Source of the DNA: Rhodospirillales bacterium
GTDB taxonomy: Bacteria > Pseudomonadota > Alphaproteobacteria > UBA8366 > JADFVY01
NCBI GenBank assembly: GCA_020356105.1
Contig: CP070634.1
Location: 3,611,353-3,675,352, forward strand
Direction of reading: 5' to 3'
DNA length: 64,000 nucleotides
The notes beneath the pieces are model-generated. The model saw only the letters and a program-made list of their open reading frames with translations, ran no database searches and was not told where the DNA came from. Below, one piece after another: positions 17,425-28,899 of the stretch. The translations under genes and the position numbers were made by a program. How positions within the stretch are numbered: the stretch's first letter is position 1; each line of letters opens with the position of its first letter.

Positions 17425-18735
17425 TCAGCGGTCGCGGCCGACGCCCCGGAACCGGGCCCGGACGGTCAGTGCCGCGCCGATGTCGAGGAAGGGGCGAGGC
17501 GGAATCCAGGCGGCCGGCGCCGAATTGAGGCAGTCTTCGATCAGCCGCGACTGGCCGCCGCCGGCATACTCGGCGAGCGCCGTGCCGAAGGCGGTGCCCC
17601 GGCTCAAGCCGGAGCCGTTGTAGCCGCCGGCAAGGTAAATGGTGTCGGCCTGCCGGCCGAAGAAATTGGTGGCGTTGCGGCTGATGCCCTCGACGCCGGA
17701 CCAGGCGAATTCGAACGGGACATGCTTGAGCTGCGGAAAGCGCGTCTCGAACGCGGCCCTATGGATCGCCTGCCGGCGCGCGAGCCGCGCCTCGGGCAAG
17801 AGGGCGCCGCCATTGTATTCCGCCGTGTTGCGCAGGCACAGCCGCCGGTCGGCGGTCAGCCGCAGCGTCGCGCCGCCGCCGTGCAGCGAGAGGACGCCCC
17901 AGTCCCGCGCGCTGCCGAGGCTCGCCAGCTCATCATCGGACAGCGCCCGGGTGAAGCTTCCGGACAGGGTGCTGGCGGCAAGGCGGCGGCGCAGCAGGCC
18001 GAGCTTCGGCGCCTCGTAATTGACCGCAAGGATCAGGTTGTCGGTCCGCACCTCGCCCTCACGGAGCCGGAGCGTCAGCGGCGCGCCGCGCTCGATCGCC
18101 AGCACCGGGCTTTCCTCGTGCAGCCGGACATTGCCGGGCAGGCCGTCCGCCAACCCGCGCGCGAGCGCCGCCGGCTGCACCAGCGCGCCGCCATGGACAT
18201 GCACGCCGGCCCGGTAGTGGGCGGTGCCGAGGCGCGCGCGCAGCGCCGCGGCGTCGAGCGGCGTATGGGCGATCTCCAGCGCCTCGAGATAGCGCAAGAA
18301 ACGATCGTATTCCCGCATCGCTCCCCTGTCGGCGGCGGCATGGACGAAACCGTCCTCGCGCCACAGGCAGTCGGACGCGAATCCGGCGGTGCGCGTCCGC
18401 AAGAGCTCGAGCCCGGCCCGGTTGATGCGGTTGACGCGGCGGTACGACTCGATCTTGTCGGCCGTAAAGCCGCCACCGAAACGACTGGTGGCGACGACGA
18501 AGCCGGAGCTCCGCCCGGTCGCGCCCTGGCCCAGAAGGCGCGCCTCGAGCAGCAGGATCTCGGCGCCGGGATGCAGCTCGGCCAGGCGGTGCGCCGCGGC
18601 AAGGCCGGTCACCCCGGCCCCGACCACCGTCCACGGAACCCGGTGCGCGCCGGTCAGCGGGGGGCGCGCCGGCCGCCCCTGCAGGAGCTCAGCCCAGCCG
18701 TGCCGGTCGCTTGGGAAATCGACGTCTCGGATCAT
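17425..18735 (-). CDS. FAD-dependent oxidoreductase (DAO family)
   Basis: Start chosen at ATG 18735 (MIRDVDFPSD...). FAD fold WTVVGAGVTGLAAAHRLAE; overall D-amino-acid-oxidase/gamma-glutamylputrescine-oxidase-like. Alternative start at 18792. Confidence 0.75.
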   Translation of the reverse strand: MIRDVDFPSDRHGWAELLQGRPARPPLTGAHRVPWTVVGAGVTGLAAAHRLAELHPGAEILLLEARLLGQGATGRSSGFVVATSRFGGGFTADKIESYRRVNRINRAGLELLRTRTAGFASDCLWREDGFVHAAADRGAMREYDRFLRYLEALEIAHTPLDAAALRARLGTAHYRAGVHVHGGALVQPAALARGLADGLPGNVRLHEESPVLAIERGAPLTLRLREGEVRTDNLILAVNYEAPKLGLLRRRLAASTLSGSFTRALSDDELASLGSARDWGVLSLHGGGATLRLTADRRLCLRNTAEYNGGALLPEARLARRQAIHRAAFETRFPQLKHVPFEFAWSGVEGISRNATNFFGRQADTIYLAGGYNGSGLSRGTAFGTALAEYAGGGQSRLIEDCLNSAPAAWIPPRPFLDIGAALTVRARFRGVGRDR

Positions 18736-18982
18736 GGTTCGCCCGGACCTCCCGTATCGGATATTTGAAGCCCAGGCGATGTTACGGAACATCGCCGCCC
18801 GCCCGAAGCCCTTTGTTGCGCCGGGCCCAAGGAAACGGAAGGGCGCGCGTAGTAGTCGCGCAGAGGCGAAGTCTAGCGGGCCGGGAGAGAAACTCGTTTG
18901 GAAGGATGAGGGCGCCGACAGGCGTCGCATGGTCTATGCTCACCTGGCGAAGCGTGGATGCGCAGCATGAAAGGGAGCCGCC

Positions 18983-19297
18983 ATGGCCAAGGGATACTGG
19001 ATCGCCGGTGTCGATGTCTCGGACGCCGAGGCCTACAAGAGATATGTCGCGGCGAACGCCGCTGCGTTCGCGAAATACGGCGGCCGGTTCCTGGTGCGCG
19101 GCGGCGCCTTCGAGACGCCCGAGGGCACGGCGCGGTCGCGCCAGGTCGTGATCGAGTTTCCCTCCTATCGCGCGGCGCTGGACTGCTACGACTCGCCGGA
19201 ATACCGGCGCGCCATGGCGCACCGCGCTTCGGCGTCCCAGGCCGATCTCGTCATCATCGAAGGCTATGACGGACCGCAGCCCGGCGCCGGCGACTGA
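18983..19297 (+). CDS. DUF1330 domain protein
   Basis: 104 aa. MAKGYWIAGVDVSDAEAYKRYVAANAAAFAKYGGRFLVRGG...VVIEFPSYRAALDCYDSPEYRRA is the classic DUF1330 pattern. AGGGAG RBS. Confidence 0.7.
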   Translation: MAKGYWIAGVDVSDAEAYKRYVAANAAAFAKYGGRFLVRGGAFETPEGTARSRQVVIEFPSYRAALDCYDSPEYRRAMAHRASASQADLVIIEGYDGPQPGAGD

Positions 19298-19306
19298 GCG
19301 CGGCGC

Positions 19307-19678
19307 TCAGAGCAGCAGGACGAGAATGATGACGAGAAGCAGCACGATGACGAGGGTGCCGCTGCTCGCCTGACCCGCCGGCAGATTGTCGATCTTCTGG
19401 GCGATCTCGAGGACTTCCGCGTCCGACATCGCGCCGATCCGCCCCTCGGCCTCATCGGGGCTCACTCCCATAACGATAAGCTGGTCGCGCACGTCGTCGC
19501 GCGCGAGAAACGCCGCCACCCGGGCCCGCTCGGCCGCGATGTCGGCCCGGCCGATCACCTCGTCGGTGGTTACCAACTCGGCCCGCGCCGCGCCCAGCGG
19601 CAAGGATGCGACCAGCATCGCCGCGGCCAGCGGCGCCGCGATGGACGTGCGCAACGCGCGTAGATTGGTCATCGCCAT
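19307..19678 (-). CDS. PA2779-family small protein (signal peptide + C-terminal TM anchor)
   Basis: 123 aa. After the signal peptide come TTDEVI...RARVAAFLARDDVRDQLIVMGVSPDEAEGRIGAMSDAEVLEIAQKIDNLPAG and a hydrophobic tail. This matches my memory of the PA2779 family. Confidence 0.55.
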   Translation of the reverse strand: MAMTNLRALRTSIAAPLAAAMLVASLPLGAARAELVTTDEVIGRADIAAERARVAAFLARDDVRDQLIVMGVSPDEAEGRIGAMSDAEVLEIAQKIDNLPAGQASSGTLVIVLLLVIILVLLL

Positions 19679-20077
19679 GTGAACCTCTCCTCGGTTTGCC
19701 GCGGTCGCGCGCGTTCGGGCGAACGGCCGGACCGGATCAACGGGGAATGTCCCACGTCGGTCTTAAGGCCGTCTTAAGGTGCTGCGGAATTACAGGTCGC
19801 CCGCGCGATTTTCCCTTGGACGCACAGGTGGTGGAGCGGTGCGGATCCGCCCGGTTACCTGCCCGCCCCCGGGGCATGTCCACGAACCCCTCGGTCTTGC
19901 GAAACTCCGCGCCGGGTTTGCCGGATTTATCTCCCCCTCACATTCTCGTGATCGCGGGTGCGGCGCGCATTGGTGTGTTGGCAAAGCCCTGCCGCACCCA
20001 TACGATGCCGCGCCGGGGGAACATGTGGCCAGGGGATAACGGCAACGACGGGCAGGACCCGGGAGAGGAAAACACGA

Positions 20078-20734
20078 ATGAAGACGACAAGAGCATTGAG
20101 CATCATGGGGGCGGTCGCCGGCGTGCTGGCGCTGGCATCCGCGCCGGCGCACGCCGCCGGCGAGCATCCGATGGGATTTTTCGTGACCAGCGTCGGGATG
20201 GGCGACGGCGCCAATCTCGGCGGGCTCGAGGGCGCCGACGCGCACTGCGCCAAGCTGGCCGCGGCGGCCGGTTCGACGGGCCGCACCTGGCGGGCCTACC
20301 TATCGACCCAGGTCGAGGGCAAGCGCGGCATCTCGGCGCGCGACCGGATCGGCCTCGGCCCCTGGTACAACGCCAATGGCGAGCTGATCGCGAGCGACCT
20401 CGACGACCTCCACATCAGCCCGAATCTCACCAAGCGGACGGCGGTGGACGAGAACGGCAACCGCGTCAAGGGGCGCGGCGACAGCCCCAACGAGCACGAC
20501 ATCCTGACCGGGACCAAGGCAGACGGCACCGCTTACTTCCCGTGGGAGGAGGGCGACTACACCTGCAGCAACTGGACCAGCAACGACGAGGGCAAGGCCA
20601 CCGTCGGTCATCACGACCGGCATGGCGGAGGCAACGTGTCGTGGAACGCGGCGCACAACTCGCGCGGCTGCAGCCAGGACGCGCTGAAGTCGAGCGGGGG
20701 CGCCGGGCTGTTGTACTGCTTCGCCGCAGACTGA
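20078..20734 (+). CDS. Secreted protein with endostatin-like (C-type-lectin-fold) domain
   Basis: Start at ATG 20078 (GGGAGAGGA upstream), with signal peptide MKTTRALSIMGAVAGVLALASAPAHA. The mature part parallels collagen XVIII endostatin: GGLEGADAHCAKLAAAAGSTGRTWRAYLST vs [32 protein letters not shown]. Four Cys lie in equivalent positions. Confidence 0.5.
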   Translation: MKTTRALSIMGAVAGVLALASAPAHAAGEHPMGFFVTSVGMGDGANLGGLEGADAHCAKLAAAAGSTGRTWRAYLSTQVEGKRGISARDRIGLGPWYNANGELIASDLDDLHISPNLTKRTAVDENGNRVKGRGDSPNEHDILTGTKADGTAYFPWEEGDYTCSNWTSNDEGKATVGHHDRHGGGNVSWNAAHNSRGCSQDALKSSGGAGLLYCFAAD

Positions 20735-20872
20735 ACTTCGCCCCTCGAGGGCGCGAGGTCCGAGCGGAGCCGGTCGCGCGGAGGCGCGGCCGGTTTCGCG
20801 TGCGGCGCGGCAGGAAATACGCACGGAGGAAGACAACCTCCCGCCGCGCGCTTGCGCTTGGCTCCGCAATCC

Positions 20873-22759
<1,887 letters not shown>

Positions 22760-22905
22760 GGCGGCGCCTCTATAGCACGTTGCCGGTTCGGGCCGCACCG
22801 GCGCCATTGCGGGCTTGTCGGCGCGGCCGGCCCCGTCTATAACCCGGCCGACCGATTCACCCAAGGCGCACCCGTCGCCACGAGATGCCAGGGGATTTCA
22901 ATAGG

Positions 22906-23328
22906 ATGGCCACCGAACGCACGCTTTCGATCATCAAGCCCGACGCGACCCGCCGGAATCTGACCGGCCAGATCAACGCCCGCTTCGAGGCGGCGGGCCT
23001 GAGGATCGTCGCACAGAAGCGACTGTGGCTGACCCGCGGCCAGGCCGAGGCGTTCTACGCGGTGCACCGGGAGCGGCCGTTCTACGGCGATCTGTGCGAT
23101 TTCATGACCTCGGGCCCAGTCGTCGTCCAGGTGCTGGAAGGTGAGGGGGCCGTTGCGAAGAATCGCGAGGTGATGGGCGCGACCAACCCGGCGGAGGCCG
23201 AAGCCGGGACGATCCGCAAGGATTTCGCCGAGTCGATCGAGGCAAACTCGGTGCACGGCTCCGATTCGCCGGAGAACGCGGCGATCGAGATCGCCTTCTT
23301 CTTCAGCGACATCGAGATCGTCGGCTGA
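22906..23328 (+). CDS. ndk: Nucleoside diphosphate kinase
   Basis: [23 protein letters not shown]... with the active-site motif NSVHGSDS. 140 aa. Confidence 0.95.
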   Translation: MATERTLSIIKPDATRRNLTGQINARFEAAGLRIVAQKRLWLTRGQAEAFYAVHRERPFYGDLCDFMTSGPVVVQVLEGEGAVAKNREVMGATNPAEAEAGTIRKDFAESIEANSVHGSDSPENAAIEIAFFFSDIEIVG

Positions 23329-23365
23329 ACCGGTCCCGCGGCCGGGGCTCTTGCCCGAAAAGGTG

Positions 23366-23389
23366 AAGGGCGCGCCCCGGCGCGCCCTT
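23366..23389. terminator. GC-rich hairpin between convergent ndk and small membrane ORF (possible bidirectional terminator)
   Basis: AAGGGCGCGC-cccg-GCGCGCCCTT forms a perfect 10-bp stem. The minus-strand side is followed by caccttttcgg. The T-run is weak on the plus side. Confidence 0.5.
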
Positions 23390-23413
23390 GTCGAATCGCC
23401 TTGCCGGTGCGAC

Positions 23414-23551
23414 CTAGACGAAGATCAGACCCAGCAGCGCCAGGACCACCAGCGTGGCCGCGCCCGAGATGATCATCATCTTCCAGACCTTGTCCCAAGT
23501 CTGCAGCTTCTCTTCCGGCGAATTGAGGAATTCCATCTTGTCGCCCGTCAT
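23414..23551 (-). CDS. Small single-pass membrane protein (45 aa), reminiscent of aa3 oxidase subunit-IV-like peptides
   Basis: This ORF is below the track cutoff: MTGDKMEFLNSPEEKLQTWDKVWKMMIISGAATLVVLALLGLIFV. It has one clear TM helix and a hairpin immediately downstream. The family assignment is tentative. Confidence 0.35.
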   Translation of the reverse strand: MTGDKMEFLNSPEEKLQTWDKVWKMMIISGAATLVVLALLGLIFV

Positions 23552-23615
23552 CTCTGCCCCTCGCTCGATTCTCTAGCTCGCGCCCTTGGTATACCGGCGC
23601 GGCTGATTTGGCAAG

Positions 23616-24269
23616 TCAACCGGCCTCCGGATTGCGCAGAACGGCCGCGCCGGCGGCGGTATCGATCATCGTGCGGCTGCCCGCCACCGTTACGCGGCCC
23701 TCGCAGACGAGGCGCAGCGCCATCGGATAGATGACGTGCTCCTGCTCGAGGACGCGGGCGGCCAGGATTTCCTCGGTATCGTCCGGTAACACCGGCACCG
23801 CGGCCTGGGCGATGATCGGGCCGGTGTCCATCTCGCTGCGCACGAAATGAACCGTGCAGCCGGCGATCTTGACGCCGGCCTCGAGCGCGCGCCGATGGGT
23901 GTCGAGACCCTTGAAGGACGGCAGCAGGGCCGGATGAATATTGAGCATGCGGTCGCGCCAGGCGTCGACGAAGGCCGGGTCGAGCAGCCGCATGAACCCG
24001 GCAAGGCAGATGAGCTCCGCCTCGGTCTTGCGGATCTCGCGGTCCATCGCGGCATCGAACGAGGCCCGGTCGGGAAACTCCCTGTGCGGGACGACAGCGG
24101 TGGGCAGCCCGGCGTCGCGGGCGAAGTCGAGTCCCGCCGCGTCGGCCCGGTTGGACAGCACGAGGACGATTTCGGCGGGATAGTCGGACGCCCCACAGGC
24201 GCCGACCAGCGCCTGCATGTTGCTGCCGCGGCCCGAGATCAGCACCGCGACCTTGCGGCGGCGGGTCAC
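23616..24269 (-). CDS. purN: Phosphoribosylglycinamide formyltransferase
   Basis: GTG 24269 overlaps the purM TGA (GTGA). Motifs [15 protein letters not shown] and [12 protein letters not shown]. Confidence 0.9.
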   Translation of the reverse strand: MTRRRKVAVLISGRGSNMQALVGACGASDYPAEIVLVLSNRADAAGLDFARDAGLPTAVVPHREFPDRASFDAAMDREIRKTEAELICLAGFMRLLDPAFVDAWRDRMLNIHPALLPSFKGLDTHRRALEAGVKIAGCTVHFVRSEMDTGPIIAQAAVPVLPDDTEEILAARVLEQEHVIYPMALRLVCEGRVTVAGSRTMIDTAAGAAVLRNPEAG

Positions 24270-25330
24270 GCGGCCGCCTCGATGGTGACCGCCGGGCCAC
24301 CGTCGCGCGGAACGATCCGGCCGATCTCGTAGACCGTCTCGCCGGCCTGCGTCAGCATGTCGGTCGCCGTCGTCACCGCGTCCTGCGCGACGATCAGCGT
24401 CATGCCGATGCCGCAATTGAATGTTCTGTACATCTCATGACGCGCGATTCCGCCAGCATCGGCGAGCCAGCCGAACACCTGCGGTTCCGGCCAGGTCGCG
24501 GCATCGAGTCGGGCCGCGAGGTCGTCCGCGAGGACCCGCGGGAGGTTCTCGACCAGGCCGCCGCCAGTGATATGCGCCAGTGCCCGCACGCCGCCGCCGC
24601 GAATCGCGGCAAGGCAACTTTTCACGTAGATGCGGGTCGGCTCGAGCAGCGCCGCGCCGAGCCCCTGATCCGGCGCGAACGGCGCCGGCGCGGCGTAATC
24701 GAGATCCGCCGCTTGGACCACCTTGCGGGCCAGCGAGAAACCGTTCGAGTGGAGCCCGCTGGCGGCGAGCCCGAGGACGACGTCGCCGGCGGCAACGGTG
24801 GCGCCGGTCAGCAGCGCGTCGCGCTCCACCGCGCCGACCGCGAAGCCGGCAAGGTCGTAGTCGCCCGGCGCGTACATGCCGGGCATCTCCGCCGTCTCGC
24901 CGCCGATCAGCGCGCAACCGGCCTGGCGGCAACCCTCGGCGATGCCGGCGACCACCGCCTCCGCGGTATCGAGCTCCAGCTTGCCAGTGGCAAAATAGTC
25001 GAGAAAGAACAGCGGCTCGGCGCCCTGGACCACAAGGTCGTTGACGCACATGGCGACGAGATCGATGCCGACCGTGTCGTGCCGTCCTGCGAGCTGCGCC
25101 ACCTTAAGCTTGGTGCCGACACCGTCGGTCGCGGCGACCAGCAACGGATCGCGATAGCCCGCGGCGGTCGGATCGAACAGGCCGCCGAACCCGCCGAGCG
25201 CGACATCGGCGCCCGGGCGCACGGTGCTGCGGGCCAGCGGCTTGATCGCCTCGACCAGCGCCGCACCGGCATCGATGTCGACGCCGGCGGCGCGATAATC
25301 CAGTCCCTTCCGCGGCGTATCGGTTGTTAT
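24266..25330 (-). CDS. purM: Phosphoribosylformylglycinamidine cyclo-ligase (AIR synthetase)
   Basis: Clear PurM ([17 protein letters not shown]). The conserved N-terminus [23 protein letters not shown] lies upstream of the track start (GTG 25222). No ATG/GTG/TTG exists between it and the in-frame TAG at 25349-25351. The 5' end is set provisionally at ATA 25330, which has GAGGA 4 nt upstream. Confidence 0.85.
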   Translation of the reverse strand: MTTDTPRKGLDYRAAGVDIDAGAALVEAIKPLARSTVRPGADVALGGFGGLFDPTAAGYRDPLLVAATDGVGTKLKVAQLAGRHDTVGIDLVAMCVNDLVVQGAEPLFFLDYFATGKLELDTAEAVVAGIAEGCRQAGCALIGGETAEMPGMYAPGDYDLAGFAVGAVERDALLTGATVAAGDVVLGLAASGLHSNGFSLARKVVQAADLDYAAPAPFAPDQGLGAALLEPTRIYVKSCLAAIRGGGVRALAHITGGGLVENLPRVLADDLAARLDAATWPEPQVFGWLADAGGIARHEMYRTFNCGIGMTLIVAQDAVTTATDMLTQAGETVYEIGRIVPRDGGPAVTIEAAA

Positions 25331-25394
25331 GGTATCCTCGCTGCCGAGCTAGTATAAACGGGCGCCAAAGATACTTGATCCGGTATGGTTTGCA

Positions 25395-26504
25395 ATGATC
25401 GATGAAACGAGTGTGGGACGTCTCGTGCGCGCCGGCCTCGCGGTGCTGATCTTCGCCTGCGGGGTTGTGGGTCCGGCCTGGGCCCAGGACCTGTTCGAGG
25501 TGACCGGTTTGCCGGTCGACGCGCGCGCCGCCGACGAGCTGCAGGCCAAGCAGGAGGGTATCGCCGAGGCGCAGCAGCAGGCGCTGCAGACCGTGTTCCG
25601 GCGGCTGGTCGCCGCCGACGAGGTCGTCCGTCTGCCCGAGGTGACGTCGGACATGCTCATCGCCATGGTGCGGGACTTTGATATCTCGGACGAGAAGTTC
25701 GGCGGCGGCCGCTATCTTGCGACGCTGTCCGTCCGCTTCGATCCGCAGAAGGTCGCGGAGGTGCTGCGCTCGCAGCGCATCCGCTTCGCCATGACCCGCA
25801 GCCAGCCGGTCGTCGTTCTGCCGGTCATCGATGTCGGAACCGCCCAGCGACTGTGGGATGATCCCAATCCTTGGCGCGATGCCTGGGCCGGGCAACTGCC
25901 GCATCCGGGCCTGTTCTCGCTGGTCATGCCGATCGGCGACCTCACGGATGTCGCGGTCGTCAACGTCAACTACGCGCTGGCCGGCGATCCGGTCGGGCTC
26001 GAACAGATCGCCAGCCGGTACGATGCGGCGGGCACCGTGGTCGCCGTGGCGGCGGTTGGTCGCGGCGGGGGCGCGGGACGACTTGTCAACATCACGCTGA
26101 CATTCTCGGGTGGCGGCTACGACGGCCGGGTGATCGAGCGTCGCTACTCCGGCAGCGGCAGCCTGCAGAGCTTTCTCAACCAGGTCGTCACCGAGGTCAT
26201 GCGCGATCTCGAAACCACCTGGAAAGATGAAAACATGCTCGATTTTACCCTCGAGGAGCGCATTTCGGTGCTGGTCCCGATCGAGGGGCTGGGCGACTGG
26301 ATCACGATCCGCGACCAGTTGTCGAGCATGGCCCGAATCCAGAGCCTGGCAGTTGCCCGCATGACCCGGACCGAGGCCGAGGTTGATCTGGTGTATGTCG
26401 GGACCACGGAACAGCTGCGCTCGGCGCTGGCGCTGCAGGGGCTGGAGCTGGTGTTCACTCCCGAACGACCGCTCTGGCTGCTGCGACCGATGGGCCGGCG
26501 CTGA
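25395..26504 (+). CDS. DUF2066 domain periplasmic protein
   Basis: 369 aa with a signal peptide (…LAVLIFACGVVGPAWAQ). LFEVTGLPVDARA...EGIAEAQQQALQTVFRRL is typical of DUF2066. Its position between purM and the pgsA-like gene is conserved in alphaproteobacteria. Confidence 0.65.
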   Translation: MIDETSVGRLVRAGLAVLIFACGVVGPAWAQDLFEVTGLPVDARAADELQAKQEGIAEAQQQALQTVFRRLVAADEVVRLPEVTSDMLIAMVRDFDISDEKFGGGRYLATLSVRFDPQKVAEVLRSQRIRFAMTRSQPVVVLPVIDVGTAQRLWDDPNPWRDAWAGQLPHPGLFSLVMPIGDLTDVAVVNVNYALAGDPVGLEQIASRYDAAGTVVAVAAVGRGGGAGRLVNITLTFSGGGYDGRVIERRYSGSGSLQSFLNQVVTEVMRDLETTWKDENMLDFTLEERISVLVPIEGLGDWITIRDQLSSMARIQSLAVARMTRTEAEVDLVYVGTTEQLRSALALQGLELVFTPERPLWLLRPMGRR

Positions 26505-26536
26505 ACGGTCGTGCCGAACGGCCGAGGGTACCGACC

Positions 26537-27106
26537 GTGAACTTCCCGCTGAAGGCGTTGCCGAATCTGATCAGCATGGCGCGGGTGCTGGCCGTTCCCG
26601 TGGTGGTCTGGTTGATTCTCGCCGACCGCATGACGGCCGCGTTCTGGGTCTTCGTTGCTGCCGGCGTGTCGGACGCGATCGACGGCTATCTGGCCAACCG
26701 GTTGAAGGCGCGCAGCGTGCTCGGCAGCTATCTCGACCCGCTCGCGGACAAGTTGCTGCTGGTTGCGATCTATCTGCTGCTCGGACGCGCCGGGCACGTT
26801 CCTGTCTGGCTGGTCGTGCTGGTCATCGCGCGCGACGCGGCGCTGTTGGGCGGTTCGCTGCTGGTGGTCAGGAGCGACCGGATCACCGCCATGCGGCCGC
26901 TGCTCGTCAGCAAGCTGAACACGAGCTTCCAGATCGTGCTGGCGGCGCTGGTGATGGCCCAGCTCGGCCTCGGCTGGCCGGACATCGGTATCGGAAAAGA
27001 CATCCTGGTGTATGCCGTCGCCGTGACAACCGTCGTCTCCGGCAGCGCCTATCTCTGGCGCATGCGCAGAGGCTCGGCAACCGGCGAGCCGGGAGACGCC
27101 GGATGA
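26537..27106 (+). CDS. CDP-alcohol phosphatidyltransferase family protein (PgsA-like)
   Basis: GTG start. It carries the signature DAIDGYLANRLKARSVLGSYLDPLADK (DGx2ARx8Gx3Dx3D) and several TM helices. Confidence 0.8.
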   Translation: MNFPLKALPNLISMARVLAVPVVVWLILADRMTAAFWVFVAAGVSDAIDGYLANRLKARSVLGSYLDPLADKLLLVAIYLLLGRAGHVPVWLVVLVIARDAALLGGSLLVVRSDRITAMRPLLVSKLNTSFQIVLAALVMAQLGLGWPDIGIGKDILVYAVAVTTVVSGSAYLWRMRRGSATGEPGDAG

Positions 27107-28206
27107 CGGCCCAGCAACGCGCATGGTCGTGGGGTCTCGGACTGGTCGTATTCGTCGGCCTGTTCTACCTGCTGCGCGGGGTCATGCTGCCCTTCATCGC
27201 CGGCATGGCGGTGGCCTATTTCCTCGACCCGGCGTGCGACTGGCTGGAGCGCAAGGGCGCCTCGCGGACACTGGCAACGATCTTCATCAGCGTCGGCTTC
27301 TTCCTGCTGGTCGCGCTGATCATCGTCCTGCTGGTGCCTCTGGTCTACAGCCAGCTGGTCGATCTCGTGCAGAAATTCCCCGGCTATCTGTCGGCGATCC
27401 GGGCGAAGCTGCTGCCGCTCATCGCCGGTCTCGAGCCGCTGATCGGCGAGGAGGGAATCGCCCAGCTGCGCGGCGCGCTCTCCGAGCATGGCGGCGACGC
27501 GATCCGCTGGCTCGGGCGGGTGCTGGGCGGCGTGCTCACCAGCATCGAGGCGGTCTTCAATCTCGTATCGCTCCTGGTCATCACACCGATCGTCTCGTTC
27601 TATCTGCTACGCGACTGGGACCGGCTGGTGGCGACCGTCGACGGCTGGCTGCCGCGCGCCCACGCCGATACGATTCGCGAGCAGCTGGCGAAGATCGACG
27701 AGACGCTGGCCGGTTTCGTGCGTGGCCAGGTCACGGTCTGCATCTTGCTGGGCCTGTTCTATGGCATCGGGCTGACCCTGGTCGGGCTCGAATCCGGCTT
27801 CGTTGTCGGGTTTGGCACGGGTCTCGTATCGTTCGTACCGTATTTCGGCATGCTGATCGGCTTTGCGGTCGGGATCGTGATCGCGATCGTCCAGTTCGGT
27901 GATCCGGTCTCGATCGGCCTTGTCGCCGCGGTCTTCCTCGTCGGCCAGTTCATCGAGGGCAACTTCGTAACCCCGAACCTGGTCGGCGAGAGGATCGGCC
28001 TGCACCCCGTCTGGGTGATCTTTGCGTTGCTCGCGGGCGGCGCCCTGTTCGGTTTCGTCGGCATCCTGATCGCTGTGCCGACCGCAGCCGTGATCGGCGT
28101 ATTGCTGCGGTTCTCGCTCGATCGGTATCTCGAAAGCCCGCTCTACCTGCACGCCGCGCCGGACGGCTCGAAGGCCGCCGGCGAGGACGGGGACGCGCCG
28201 TCTTGA
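27103..28206 (+). CDS. AI-2E family transporter (PerM/YdiK-like permease)
   Basis: ATG 27103 overlaps the upstream TGA (ATGA). It is a 367-aa polytopic protein with LPFIAGMAVAYFLDP and a GNFVTPNLVGERIGLHP region typical of AI-2E. Confidence 0.8.
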   Translation: MTAQQRAWSWGLGLVVFVGLFYLLRGVMLPFIAGMAVAYFLDPACDWLERKGASRTLATIFISVGFFLLVALIIVLLVPLVYSQLVDLVQKFPGYLSAIRAKLLPLIAGLEPLIGEEGIAQLRGALSEHGGDAIRWLGRVLGGVLTSIEAVFNLVSLLVITPIVSFYLLRDWDRLVATVDGWLPRAHADTIREQLAKIDETLAGFVRGQVTVCILLGLFYGIGLTLVGLESGFVVGFGTGLVSFVPYFGMLIGFAVGIVIAIVQFGDPVSIGLVAAVFLVGQFIEGNFVTPNLVGERIGLHPVWVIFALLAGGALFGFVGILIAVPTAAVIGVLLRFSLDRYLESPLYLHAAPDGSKAAGEDGDAPS

Positions 28207-28886
28207 GCGCGCCGGTCCAGCTCGCCCTCGACCTGCCGCACCGGACCGCGACGGGCGCCGCCGACTTCCTCGTGGCGTCCAGCAATCGCGATGCCGTGGC
28301 GTGGCTCGACCGGTGGCCCGCCTGGCCCGGCCCGGCGCTGGTGCTGCACGGACCGGAAGGTTGCGGCAAGACGCACCTCACCCATGTGTGGCGGGCGCAG
28401 AGCGGCGCGGTGATGATTGACCGGGCGGTGCTGACGGCCTGCCGCGTGCCGGACTTGCTGGGGCCCGCCCGCGGCGCCGTCGTCGAGGATGTCGATCGCG
28501 GCGTCGACGAGCGGGGGCTGCTGCACCTCCATAACCTCCTGGCCGAGGACGGCGGCCATCTTCTGCTGACGGCGCGGTTGGGACCGGCGGCCTGGGGCAC
28601 GCGGCTTCCCGATCTCGCGTCGCGCCTCGGCGCCGCGATGAGCGTCGCGGTCGGCGCCCCGGACGATGCGCTAATCGGCGCCGTCCTGGTCAAGCATTTC
28701 GCCGACCGACAGCTGGCCGTGGATCCCGCGGTCATCACCTTCCTGCTGGCCCGCATGGAGCGCTCCTTCGCCGCGGCGCGCGACCTCGCGACGGCGCTCG
28801 ATTCGGCTGCGCTGGCGGCGAAGCGGAAGATCACCGTACCGCTGGCGCGCGAGGTGCTGCGGCAATTCAAAGACGAACCGGACTAG
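28203..28886 (+). CDS. hdaA: DnaA-related regulatory inactivator HdaA
   Basis: TTG 28203 overlaps the upstream TGA. It has an N-terminal QLALDL clamp-binding-like motif, Walker A GPEGCGKTHL, and a DnaA domain-III-like remainder. Synteny with the AI-2E permease and purM matches other alphaproteobacteria. Confidence 0.75.
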   Translation: MSAPVQLALDLPHRTATGAADFLVASSNRDAVAWLDRWPAWPGPALVLHGPEGCGKTHLTHVWRAQSGAVMIDRAVLTACRVPDLLGPARGAVVEDVDRGVDERGLLHLHNLLAEDGGHLLLTARLGPAAWGTRLPDLASRLGAAMSVAVGAPDDALIGAVLVKHFADRQLAVDPAVITFLLARMERSFAAARDLATALDSAALAAKRKITVPLAREVLRQFKDEPD

Positions 28887-28899
28887 GGAGAGCGATGAG

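Noticed and set aside
19779-20245. ORFs of 86-151 aa inside the long 19679-20077 intergenic region.
   Set aside because: They mutually overlap on both strands, are Arg/Pro/Cys/Gly-rich, and have no RBS or recognisable motifs. They are more likely non-coding.
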